Assembly (NCBI GenBank): GCA_016839765.1
Contig: JAEOTP010000014.1
Location: 1-46,435, forward strand
From: Promethearchaeota archaeon
GTDB taxonomy: Archaea > Asgardarchaeota > Lokiarchaeia > Sigyniarchaeales > SOKP01
Direction of reading: 5' to 3'
DNA: 46,435 bases
Under the pieces are notes generated by a model. The model was given only the letters and a program-made list of their open reading frames with translations. It did no database searches and had not been told where the DNA came from. The stretch's first letter is position 1. Each line of letters opens with the position of its first letter. The position numbers were made by a program, and so were the translations under genes. This document shows positions 8,369 through 17,542 of this stretch, in pieces.

Positions 8369-8908
8369 ATGTCAAAAATGGAAGTAGAAGGGGAAATCAC
8401 TACAAAATGGAAAGATGAACAATTTCTATATTTTGCAGGAAATTCAAGTTTAGGAATTTTAATTATTCAAAGAGGGCACCTCATATATTTCAATAAAAAA
8501 TTTGCTGAAATATTTGGTTATAGTGAAGATGAAATCTCTAAATGGAAGAAAAGAGAATTTTATAAAATAGTCCATCCTGAAGATTTAAATGAATTAACTC
8601 AAAGATTTGTGCATGAAGATCAAAGAACTGTTTCTGTAAGGTTCAGGGGAATAAAAAAGAATGGCGAGATTATTTTAATTGAAAATTACAATAGTATAGT
8701 ATATTATAATGGCAAAATGGCGGTTTCCTCTACGTATTTAGAGTTAGAAAAACCATTTAAGAAAATGATGTATCAACCAACTACTGTTATCATGAAAGAA
8801 ACTCAAAAAATAGTTTTAGATTATCATCCGAGAACTGTAAAAATATTAGAAGATAATAATTTGAAATTTGAGATCATTGAGCATTTGTCGTATAAGGAAG
8901 AACATTAA
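8369..8908 (+). CDS. Stand-alone PAS domain S-box protein
   Basis: YFNKKFAEIFGYS...IVHPED...RGIKKNGE PAS signature. Confidence 0.88.
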   Translation: MSKMEVEGEITTKWKDEQFLYFAGNSSLGILIIQRGHLIYFNKKFAEIFGYSEDEISKWKKREFYKIVHPEDLNELTQRFVHEDQRTVSVRFRGIKKNGEIILIENYNSIVYYNGKMAVSSTYLELEKPFKKMMYQPTTVIMKETQKIVLDYHPRTVKILEDNNLKFEIIEHLSYKEEH

Positions 8909-8968
8909 TCTATTAAAAAATATTGGAGACTGAGATTAAAAGTATTTATTTATCATCATTTATTTGAA

Positions 8969-9532
8969 TCATTTATTTGCAATCCAATAGGAAGAATCAA
9001 ACCCATTTTTAACATCCTTATCATCGATTTTTCCCGAACATTCTTTTTGGATAATCATAATTGAAGAAAAATCAGTATGGAATAAATTCCGAATGGTTTT
9101 ATAAAATTTATTTATTGAAATATAATTTTTCCCGTCAAGATAGATTACATCCGAAAGTAAAATTGAATATTCCTTCCAATTTATATTATATTCTACATTT
9201 TTCATTAGATAAAGTTTTATTAAATCATCCCGCACTTTTGCTTTTTTTTCTTTTAAAGCTTCTAAAATCTTCACATATTCTGGAGAAATTGTAATTCTAT
9301 GATTCAAAGCAAGAAGATCTACGTCTTTTGGTTTATTTGCTTGAAAAGCTCTTCCGCGAGGGATTTTAATGCCTAGTTCATCTTTTACAAATCCTTTTGG
9401 ATAATGAAATAAAAATCCAAATTCAAGATTAGAATTTGTTAATTCTCTTTCTACTTCTCCAATTTCAAGAATATATCTTCTAATCAATAGTTTTAACTTA
9501 GGTTCTCTCCTTTTAGTTGGTTTTTTGGCCAT
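8969..9532 (-). CDS. DUF2299-like hypothetical protein
   Basis: Long ORF with probable start MAKKPTK (ATG 9532). Resembles archaeal DUF2299 (HRITISPE, SDVIYLD, SINKFYKTIR). Confidence 0.55.
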   Translation of the reverse strand: MAKKPTKRREPKLKLLIRRYILEIGEVERELTNSNLEFGFLFHYPKGFVKDELGIKIPRGRAFQANKPKDVDLLALNHRITISPEYVKILEALKEKKAKVRDDLIKLYLMKNVEYNINWKEYSILLSDVIYLDGKNYISINKFYKTIRNLFHTDFSSIMIIQKECSGKIDDKDVKNGFDSSYWIANK

Positions 9533-9831
9533 GTGCTTATTATTAATTTTATAATTTCTTTTATAGAACTCTTTATATTTTAATATATATAGCATTGGGT
9601 AGATAATATTTAAATTTCCCTTATTAAGAGCCTATTTTAAAAATCATTAAGATATTGCATGAATTGGCATTTTATCTTTTCTCAGATTCTATTTGGGCTT
9701 TAATAGTTAATATATCTTTCTTTATAAGTATATTGATGAAATCCTTTATAGAATAGTACTTTGAAAAGAATATTTAAATTTCTATAAACTATTATAAAAA
9801 ACATTTTAAATGATTTTTATTGTTTTAAAAT

Positions 9832-10005
9832 ATGGAGAAGAAGAAATTCTTTACTTTAGAAGATCATAAACTAGCTTCAATGGGTCCAGATTATGTTGTC
9901 ATAATCCCCAGGAAATTAATAAAGTATAAAATAATTGATCCGCAAAAACGTTATAATATTCATTTTGAAGAAATCATGGAAGGGAATCAGAAAAAGAAGG
10001 GTTAA
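9832..10005 (+). CDS. Small AbrB/MazE-like swapped-hairpin DNA-binding protein (57 aa; not in ORF track)
   Basis: MEKKKFFTLEDHKLASMGPDYVVIIPRKLIKYKIIDPQKRYNIHFEEI...; KxxxMGxxxxIxIP pattern. Its stop overlaps the stop of the convergent PAS gene. Confidence 0.6.
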   Translation: MEKKKFFTLEDHKLASMGPDYVVIIPRKLIKYKIIDPQKRYNIHFEEIMEGNQKKKG

Positions 10006-10559
10006 TTTTCTTCTCGGTATGAACAATGTTTTATTATATCAAATTTTATATTATGATCTTTCAATATTTTAATGATTTTGGGATCATATTCCATTAAAAT
10101 TTTCTTTCCAGTTTTTATTGTGATAGTTTTAGGAGCATAAACCTCTTTTTCTTTTGGAGATATTTTAACGTAACTAGATAAAATTGCTGTTTTGTTATTA
10201 TATTCAATTCTACAGTTGTAATTTTCAATATTAATGATTTCTTTGTTTTTGGTTACTCCTCTAAATTGAACTGTCACTGTTTTTTTATCATTTTCAATCT
10301 TGAAATTTTTCACTAAATTTGGTAAATCATCAGGGTGAACAATCTTATAAAATTCCCTTTTTTTCCAATTTAAGATATCTTCTTTTGTATACCCAAATAT
10401 TTCGGTGAATTTTTGATTGAAATATTTTAGATAGCCTCTTTGAATTATTAAGACGCCCATTGCAGAATTATTAGCAAAATGAAGGAATTGATCATTATGT
10501 AATTTCGTAGCATATTCCTTAACTTCTTCAACTTTATCTTTGCCAATCATTTTTCGCAA
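10002..10559 (-). CDS. Stand-alone PAS domain S-box protein, paralogue of 8369-8908
   Basis: YFNQKFTEIFGY...WKKREFYKIVHPDD shared with the first PAS protein. Start may be ATG 10550. Confidence 0.88.
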   Translation of the reverse strand: MRKMIGKDKVEEVKEYATKLHNDQFLHFANNSAMGVLIIQRGYLKYFNQKFTEIFGYTKEDILNWKKREFYKIVHPDDLPNLVKNFKIENDKKTVTVQFRGVTKNKEIINIENYNCRIEYNNKTAILSSYVKISPKEKEVYAPKTITIKTGKKILMEYDPKIIKILKDHNIKFDIIKHCSYREEN

Positions 10560-10884
10560 ATATAATAATATTAGATTTTCTTATTAATCTTTTTTAAATT
10601 AGGGTTTTTTATAATAATGATCTGAAAATACGAGTAGATTTGAAGGATACAATTCTTATAAAGATTGCTATGGAAAGATTTAGAAATCCTTTTTAACAAT
10701 TATTTCTTTGACAAATGGTTTTTGGCTTTATAATATATGAATTCTAGAAATTTTTAATAAAATTCTGAAAAATAAAAATTTAAATATAATTAAGTTAATT
10801 ATATAAATATTATATAGGGAAGCCTATAGAAACCCCTATAAGAATATTATTTTATGCAATTTCAGAATGCTCTAAAAATAGAAA

Positions 10885-11430
10885 GTGGTAGAAATTAGCA
10901 GAGATTTAACCTTCAAAATTTGTCTTTTTGGAGAAAAAAATGTTGGAAAAAGCTCACTAATTCAGGCAGTGACTCAAAAAGGCTTCAGTAAGGAGACAAG
11001 ACCACCAGCAATCATAGATATTGAAACTAAACATTTAACTATAAATTCATTTAAAACTGTACTTCAGATATGGATTCTTAGATTTGACTTTCAGTTTGAT
11101 TTTCTTTTCCCCATTTTTCTAAGGGGGACCTCAGGAGGTATTTTTATGTTTGATATCACCAAATTTCCCAGTATAAGCAATGTAGAAAGGTGGATAACAA
11201 CGTTTAAGAAAAGTTTATCTAATGATGAAAAGAAAATTCCACTAGTAATGGTAGGGGGAAAATGTGATCTCTATTTTAAAAGAACAGTCCCTAAGAAAAT
11301 CGCAAAAGAAATATCACAAAAATATGAATTCTTTAGATATTTCGAATGTTCTTCCAAAACTGGAGAAAATTTAGATAAGGTGTTTAAATTTTTAACGAGA
11401 GCTATAATGAAATTTAACGGTTATGTTTAA
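10885..11430 (+). CDS. Rab-like small GTPase with degenerate G2/G3
   Basis: GEKNVGKS P-loop, GGKCD, ECSSKTGEN. G3 reads WILRFD instead of WDxxG. Confidence 0.85.
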   Translation: MVEISRDLTFKICLFGEKNVGKSSLIQAVTQKGFSKETRPPAIIDIETKHLTINSFKTVLQIWILRFDFQFDFLFPIFLRGTSGGIFMFDITKFPSISNVERWITTFKKSLSNDEKKIPLVMVGGKCDLYFKRTVPKKIAKEISQKYEFFRYFECSSKTGENLDKVFKFLTRAIMKFNGYV

Positions 11431-11505
11431 TCATTGGATTTAAGTTAATTATAAGAGCATAATTGAGGGGGATAAAATATATTATATGAAGGATTGGATT
11501 AATGA

Positions 11506-12183
11506 GTGGTTTTTATGAATGAAAAATTTGAAAATTATATTTTAGAAATAATAAATCGGGCAGAAAAAATTGCCAGAGACTACGAGTTAGCTATTAAAAA
11601 AGGTGGGTTTGAAAAAGAATGTCCTTACCCTAAAATAATTAAGATGTATGAAGATATAGGATATAAACTTAATGAAAATGGATGGAATGAGCAGGCTGTG
11701 ATTTTTAATAGCCAAATTAAGTTTTACAATAAAAAATTAGAGAAAGATAAGAAATTACGCGAAATTGAAGCTCAAAAAGTGCAAAAACAGAAAAAATTTG
11801 AAGTATTGCATAAAATTAAGGAAATTGATACTGTTAGAGCTGTAATCGATTCTCTCAATAAAGAAGAGGAGATTTTAAATTTTGAAGAGAAAAAGAAAGA
11901 AAAAATTGAAGAATCTGAAGAAATTTTCAATATGATCAGTAATGCTGAAAAAATAGCAAGAGATTACGAACAAGAAATAAAAAGGAGTAGCATCCTTCAT
12001 CTTGATTGTCCGTATGAAAAAATAATAGAAACTTATAGAAAAGCTAAACAAAGATTTGAAAGTATTAGCTGGAAAGAAGAGTCGAGTAAATTGATCGTGT
12101 CAATCAGATATTATAAGGAAAAACTCGAAAAAGATAAAAAATTACGCGAAATTGAAGACAAAAAATTTAATAAAGAATTATAG
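11506..12183 (+). CDS. Helical protein with two ~110-aa internal repeats
   Basis: AEKIARDYE...CPYxKII...W...KLEKDKKLREIE occurs twice. Confidence 0.75.
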   Translation: MVFMNEKFENYILEIINRAEKIARDYELAIKKGGFEKECPYPKIIKMYEDIGYKLNENGWNEQAVIFNSQIKFYNKKLEKDKKLREIEAQKVQKQKKFEVLHKIKEIDTVRAVIDSLNKEEEILNFEEKKKEKIEESEEIFNMISNAEKIARDYEQEIKRSSILHLDCPYEKIIETYRKAKQRFESISWKEESSKLIVSIRYYKEKLEKDKKLREIEDKKFNKEL

Positions 12184-12199
12184 AATCATATTACTCCTT

Positions 12200-12475
12200 T
12201 TATAATTTTTCAGAATCCTTGACAGACAAATAGCAATTTATTTGAACTTGTACAGGTTTATAACCACTTTCTTTAATGAATTTTCTATTAGTTCCATTTG
12301 AATATACTCTATATGTCTTCTTTGAACTACTTATATTATCTTCTGAAACTACCTCTTTGAGATTAGAAGGCATATCGATTTCTATATATAGTTTATTACC
12401 TAATAGTTGATATCTCATTTGGTTATCAACCATGGAAAATTTTTCCTCTTTCAAATCGACCATATTATTTATCAT
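12200..12475 (-). CDS. Small hypothetical beta-rich protein
   Basis: 91-aa ORF, GNKLYIEIDM...SSSKKTYRVYSNGTN. Confidence 0.6.
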   Translation of the reverse strand: MINNMVDLKEEKFSMVDNQMRYQLLGNKLYIEIDMPSNLKEVVSEDNISSSKKTYRVYSNGTNRKFIKESGYKPVQVQINCYLSVKDSEKL

Positions 12476-12623
12476 CTCTTTTTTAAGGGGAATGCAGAAA
12501 TCCCTTTTATTGATATCAATATTAATTTATTATATATATAAATTATAAATTGGAAGTTAATAAATCTATAAATCATTTTTTCAATAAGCCTATGTTCTTT
12601 CATTAAGGGTCCAATCGGCATCA

Positions 12624-12839
12624 TTAAATTTTTGACCTCTTTTTTACTACTAGCATACGATTATTGCATACAGTATCATACCATTTCTTATCTTTACGAA
12701 GTTCCTGAATAATATTCATGCATATATATTCCTTGTAATCACTGTATTTCTCTGGTAATTCGTTCTCCAATGATGGCATTCTTTTTATAACCTTTCTTTT
12801 TGGTCTATCCTTTTCACATACGCTACATTTTACTTCCAT
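12624..12839 (-). CDS. Small Cys-containing (putative Zn-binding) protein
   Basis: CSVC plus two distal Cys. AGGTGA RBS upstream. Confidence 0.6.
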   Translation of the reverse strand: MEVKCSVCEKDRPKRKVIKRMPSLENELPEKYSDYKEYICMNIIQELRKDKKWYDTVCNNRMLVVKKRSKI

Positions 12840-13017
12840 TTTTTCACCTTTTTTTAAAATATTCTAACGTTCATTCTGTATTAGGACACCCTTTTCTTAA
12901 CACGAATTTCAAATTTTTAATAAACATTTTACAGTAATTAAAAGAAATGGTAAATACGAACATTTAAACTTTTTAGTTAAAAATCTTGATAAATATAAGA
13001 GATTTTAACAAACATTG

Positions 13018-13107
13018 AACATAATATAACACATAGGAAAAATGCCCTATCTCCCTAAAACTTTAAATCCTTTCACTTTTTTCTCTTAAAATACCTCAAT
13101 TTAACCC
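13018..13107. repeat. Dispersed 90-bp intergenic repeat, copy 1
   Basis: Ungapped match to 28669-28758, about 14 mismatches by hand count. Confidence 0.85.
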
Positions 13108-13300
13108 TAATATGTAGAATTAAAATTGGAATTGTTGTTAATGATTATATTGGGTTCCCATTTAAATGATATATTACTAATTTAAAATAAATAAAATGTG
13201 TTTTAAAGATATTATTTCTTAAATATTTTCATTTTTAAAATGTAAATTTAAAAATTCATGCAACTAAATTATTATTATAAAAAAGGATATAAAAAAGTAA

Positions 13301-14296
13301 ATGAAAAAGATTGTAGTTCTTTTTTATGATAAGATAAACAATGTAAAAATTTATGATTTTGAATTGCCTATAGAGGGTTATACTGATTTTGAGGATTTTC
13401 AAAAAGAATTAGATCTATTAAAGGATAGATACGATATTTTGATGTTAGATGCCCATAATAAGAGTATCGATTACTTTTTACAAAATAAGGACCAGATCGA
13501 CTTAGTTGTTAATTTAGCGGATAATGGATATGAAAATAATTTTTCAAAAAATGCCTTTTTCATTGAATTATTTAATTTCTTAGCGATAAAATTTACAGGT
13601 CGACAAGCTAATAATGTTGAATTTTTCGAACGGAAAGATCTCATGTTATTTCTATTTGATTATTTAGGAATTAATCTTCCAAATACAGTGATGTATTATC
13701 AAGGGATTGATTTGAGATTTTTAGAAGAAAAGGTTAAAGCATTAAGATCGCCGGTTATTGTAAAAATGGGCATTTCAGGGGATTCTTTACTCCTTGATGA
13801 AAATAGTATTTGTAATTCGTTTAAAGAAGTCATGGAGAGAATTGAATATATAGAGAATATTTTAGGACAAAAAGAGATAATTCTTATTCAAGAGTTTATT
13901 GAAGATGCAAGAGAATATACGACATTAATTATTGGTAATGACGAGTGTAATGATGTTAAAGCATTCACCATCCAAGTAACTCCAAAAAAGTTTTATGATT
14001 TTGAACAAAAGAATTATAGCCTTCTTCCTGTAGAGCAATTCTATAAAAGATGCGATATTGAAAATTCGCAGTTATTAAAGAATATTGAGGATAAACTAAG
14101 TGATTTAAAATTAATTACAAATTGTAAAGACTATGTAAGATATGACTGGTTACTTGACCAAGATTCCAACTTTTTCTTACTTGATTTAAATGCCAATCCC
14201 TCCTTTGATTCAGAACTTTTCAAACTTTTTAATGATTTTTTTTCAATAAAAGGAAGAATTTTAGGTTACATTATCAATTCTGCTTTGAAGAGATAA
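13301..14296 (+). CDS. ATP-grasp ligase, D-Ala-D-Ala-ligase-like
   Basis: PVIVK, LIQEFIEDAREYT, FYDFEQK, YVRYDW, LLDLNANP. Confidence 0.78.
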   Translation: MKKIVVLFYDKINNVKIYDFELPIEGYTDFEDFQKELDLLKDRYDILMLDAHNKSIDYFLQNKDQIDLVVNLADNGYENNFSKNAFFIELFNFLAIKFTGRQANNVEFFERKDLMLFLFDYLGINLPNTVMYYQGIDLRFLEEKVKALRSPVIVKMGISGDSLLLDENSICNSFKEVMERIEYIENILGQKEIILIQEFIEDAREYTTLIIGNDECNDVKAFTIQVTPKKFYDFEQKNYSLLPVEQFYKRCDIENSQLLKNIEDKLSDLKLITNCKDYVRYDWLLDQDSNFFLLDLNANPSFDSELFKLFNDFFSIKGRILGYIINSALKR

Positions 14297-14316
14297 TCAT
14301 ATATATAAATAATGAA

Positions 14317-14562
14317 GTGGTTGAACGAAAAATGGATAAAAGAGATTTAGAAAGATTTTTTAATCGTTTAGAGGAATTATTAGAAACTAATGGGTGTAAT
14401 GGTCGCGATTTAACAAATGCGGAGATTATTTTAGAAGAAATGCACATACCAAAAGAAGAACAAGAAGAATTTTTGGAAGATTGCAGGAATTCTGGAGGTT
14501 TTTGTGATTGTGAAATTTTCTTAAACTCTGAAGAGTTTTTGAGAGAAAAGTATGATAAATAA
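14317..14562 (+). CDS. DUF2695-family protein
   Basis: GC...GGFCDCEIFLN signature. Confidence 0.8.
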   Translation: MVERKMDKRDLERFFNRLEELLETNGCNGRDLTNAEIILEEMHIPKEEQEEFLEDCRNSGGFCDCEIFLNSEEFLREKYDK

Positions 14563-14714
14563 AGTTATCTTTTAAATAAAGAAGAAAATAGAATATCGAT
14601 TTTGGACTTATTTAATCCTTTTCAAAGTGTTAATATTTTTTCTGTCCTCGAAGTAATATTTAATAATTATCCAATCAAATTAATTTATATAAAAAAAATT
14701 GTAGGTGATATCTA

Positions 14715-15221
14715 ATGAAAACAGATGATGAACAAGATGTTAATATTCAAAGAAAGAAAAAAATGAAAAGAATTGGCTTCATTACGCTTATAATAGGAAT
14801 TTCTTTGATAATTGCTGGAATATTCTTTTTTATAGCTTCACTTAATTCAATGGGTGAAGTTGGAAATAATAATTTCATGTTGTTTGGTGGTGCTACAGCT
14901 GGATGTTGGTTTGTTGGTTCTATTTGTATTATGGCTACATTTATGTTATTACGTGTGGCGTATCATAGAGAAATTCTTAGGTATGGATATGAAGAAACGG
15001 GAATGGCTCTCGGGACAGCTTCAGAAAAAGCGGTAGATGGATATGGAAGGATTATTGGTAAGGGATCTGAAGCAGTGGCAAGTGGTATTAAAAGTGCTGG
15101 TGGGATAAAATTAGATGTGGTTAGTAATAAAGAACAAATAATAAAAATTAAATGTAAAGCTTGTGGAACCCTAAACGATGAAGATGCTAAATATTGTGAT
15201 GAATGCGGGCAACAAATTTAA
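14715..15221 (+). CDS. Two-TM membrane protein with C-terminal zinc ribbon
   Basis: Two hydrophobic helices; CKACGTLNDEDAKYCDECG. Confidence 0.82.
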   Translation: MKTDDEQDVNIQRKKKMKRIGFITLIIGISLIIAGIFFFIASLNSMGEVGNNNFMLFGGATAGCWFVGSICIMATFMLLRVAYHREILRYGYEETGMALGTASEKAVDGYGRIIGKGSEAVASGIKSAGGIKLDVVSNKEQIIKIKCKACGTLNDEDAKYCDECGQQI

Positions 15222-15249
15222 TTAAAATTGCAAAAAGATAAAAATACCC

Positions 15250-15349
15250 ATGACAAGAAAAAATTCGCTAAGCGATTTATAAACAACGCCAAGGAGAACT
15301 GCTTCTTGATTATTCGCAGATAAACGATTTAGAAAAGCATTATCTTATC
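15250..15349 (+). pseudogene. Decayed 100-bp copy of an internal segment (7631-7730) of the second RNase J-like gene
   Basis: Ungapped alignment, 90/100 identical by hand count. A TGG codon has become TGA. Confidence 0.9.
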
Positions 15350-15375
15350 AGCCATTCCACATTTTAAATTCCCGA

Positions 15376-17340
15376 TCAGAGGTTTTTCAATTTTTCTTGT
15401 TCCTTTAACTTCTTTTTTTCTAATTTTTTCTTTTGTTTTTCTAATTTTTTTCGCTTTTTTGCTTCTAACTTCGCTTCTTTTTCTTTTTGTTTTCTTTCTA
15501 GTTTTAACCTTTTAAGTTCTTCTTTTTCTTTTTCAATAGCTTCTAGTTCTTCCCTTTCCTTTTCTAAACGTTCCCTTTCTAGTCTTAGCGCTTCTTCTTT
15601 CTCTCTTTCAATTTTTTCCAATCGTTCTTTTTCTAATTGTTCTTGGGCTAATCTTTCTTTTTCTATGCGAATTCGCTCGAGCCGCTCTTTTTCTTTTCTT
15701 TCCTTCTCTTGTCTTTCTCTCTCTTTTCTTTCCCGTTCTAATCGTTCTAATCTTTCTTTCTCTAGACGAGCTTTTTCTAATCGTTCTTTTTCCAATCGTT
15801 CTCTTTCCGCAATCTCAAAAATCCATTCATCGATTTTTCGAGTTAAATCCCCTTTTTCTTTTTCTGGTAATCCGAAGCCAGGTTCTTTTTTAATGTAAAT
15901 ATTGGCATATTTGCTCATTTCCCAGACTTTTTTCTGGTGTAATGTGGTTGCGCTCACACCCATTTGCCGAGCACTTTCTCTCGCGACTTCAAAAGCTTGT
16001 CCTATAGATTGCATTTCATAATTTTCTTCAATTACTTTTTTTAAATAGAGAAGGATTTGGTTAATATCTGCTTTAGGTGGAGGTGGTAACGGTTTAAGTT
16101 CGACAGTTACAGATTTTAAAGTGTCTAATTCAAAAGGTTCTGGTTCAATTTCTCTTATTTCCGGAGCTTCAAAATCGGAAATTGGAATTTCAATTTTATC
16201 TGAGATGATGGGCTGCTCTACGACGCTAGGTGATACAAAAGTTTTTTTTGCTTTTCTTTTAAATTGCATTGGCCAACTGATAAATGCATAAAGGCGATCT
16301 TCGGCTGAAACAAATAATGATGCTTTAGATGTACCTGAGTCTCGCTGTGAAGAGATTGGTGGTAGATCCGATCTTAAAATTAAACCCGCTTGTTCTATAA
16401 TAGAAAATAGATACATGGGATCAAATTCAAGATTAGAATAAATCATTTTCAAGGTTTTAATATTATCCTCAATAATGCTGAGATTTATTTGAGAGATGGT
16501 TCCCTCTAAAAGCGTATCTGTCGCGAATGTAATCCCTTCTAGTCCTGCTGTTGGATTGAGGTAAGATGAATCAGAGATAGCTTTCATTTTCTCAGAAACC
16601 AAAATTTGGTTATAAAAGTCCCTATGTGAACTTAGAATCTTATGACCCTCAATTGAGATGGGATATGAATCCTCCTTACATATTTCTTCCATCAACTCTA
16701 AAAATATATCCTTATGAGGTATGAAAACATTTCGCATCAAAGCACCTTTTATAAAGGTTAAATGATCCTCTGATTTATTAGATAAATCAACAGGAACTTT
16801 TATCACTTTCTCTGCGATAATTACGTCGCGATCCTCTTCTAAAGTGATATTTCCTGAAGTAGCCATTAGATCATAGACAAAGTCTGACAACACTAATCCT
16901 GTGAGGATTCTATGATCAGTTATATATTTGCCGGATTCTAATTCAAATTTAAGGAAATAATACCCGAGGCCAAATAAGTAATGAAGGGTTCCTTGATTGG
17001 TTTCAATTGAATAATCATAGCCACTAAAAAATATAACGATGTCCGTCTCTATTTTTGAGACGGGATGATGGACATAGGTTCCTAATGTGGGATACCCTAA
17101 TAAATCACTCCAACTAGGGATCATAAACAGCGAGTTGTTAGGATATAATTTATTTTCCATTTTCTGTTTTTCAATTCTTTCCTTTTCAATTCTTTCCTTT
17201 TCAAGTCTTTCCTTTTCAAGTCTTTCCTTTTCAAGTCTTTCTTTTTCAAGTCTTTCTTTTTCAAGGGCTTCTTTTTCAAGTAACTCTTTTTCTAACTTTT
17301 CTTCTTCCATCTCATCTTCATCCATTTTCTCAATCCCCAT
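15376..17340 (-). CDS. Hypothetical protein with N- and C-terminal charged coiled coils (ERLEK repeats)
   Basis: 654-aa ORF in which a globular core is flanked by E/K/R-rich pentad repeats. Confidence 0.85.
   Translation of the reverse strand: MGIEKMDEDEMEEEKLEKELLEKEALEKERLEKERLEKERLEKERLEKERIEKERIEKQKMENKLYPNNSLFMIPSWSDLLGYPTLGTYVHHPVSKIETDIVIFFSGYDYSIETNQGTLHYLFGLGYYFLKFELESGKYITDHRILTGLVLSDFVYDLMATSGNITLEEDRDVIIAEKVIKVPVDLSNKSEDHLTFIKGALMRNVFIPHKDIFLELMEEICKEDSYPISIEGHKILSSHRDFYNQILVSEKMKAISDSSYLNPTAGLEGITFATDTLLEGTISQINLSIIEDNIKTLKMIYSNLEFDPMYLFSIIEQAGLILRSDLPPISSQRDSGTSKASLFVSAEDRLYAFISWPMQFKRKAKKTFVSPSVVEQPIISDKIEIPISDFEAPEIREIEPEPFELDTLKSVTVELKPLPPPPKADINQILLYLKKVIEENYEMQSIGQAFEVARESARQMGVSATTLHQKKVWEMSKYANIYIKKEPGFGLPEKEKGDLTRKIDEWIFEIAERERLEKERLEKARLEKERLERLERERKERERQEKERKEKERLERIRIEKERLAQEQLEKERLEKIEREKEEALRLERERLEKEREELEAIEKEKEELKRLKLERKQKEKEAKLEAKKRKKLEKQKKKLEKKKLKEQEKLKNL
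17168..17296 (-). repeat. 15-bp coding tandem repeat (ERLEK/ERIEK)
   Basis: Consecutive TTTTCAAGTCTTTCC-like units. Confidence 0.85.
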
Positions 17341-17542
17341 ATTAGCAACTCTAAATATAAATTTTTGTTAATATTTTTTTATAGAATAACTGTTTCTTAC
17401 TTCTTAGTATAATAAAATTCATTATATTATAGTTTTTGGATTTATTTATTATAGATTTAAAATAAGGAAGTAAGGATTAAAGTTTATAAGTTTTAGAAGT
17501 AAAATTAGTAACAATTAATAATTTTAAAAAAGGTAGAAAAAA

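Noticed and set aside
10811-10842. TATAGGG...CCCTATA inverted repeat upstream of the GTPase
   Set aside because: Only a 7-bp stem and a single occurrence; insufficient to call an operator or RNA.
15665-17371. Ser/Leu/Phe-rich + strand ORFs 15665-15898 and 17087-17371
   Set aside because: Antisense shadows of the ERLEK repeats.
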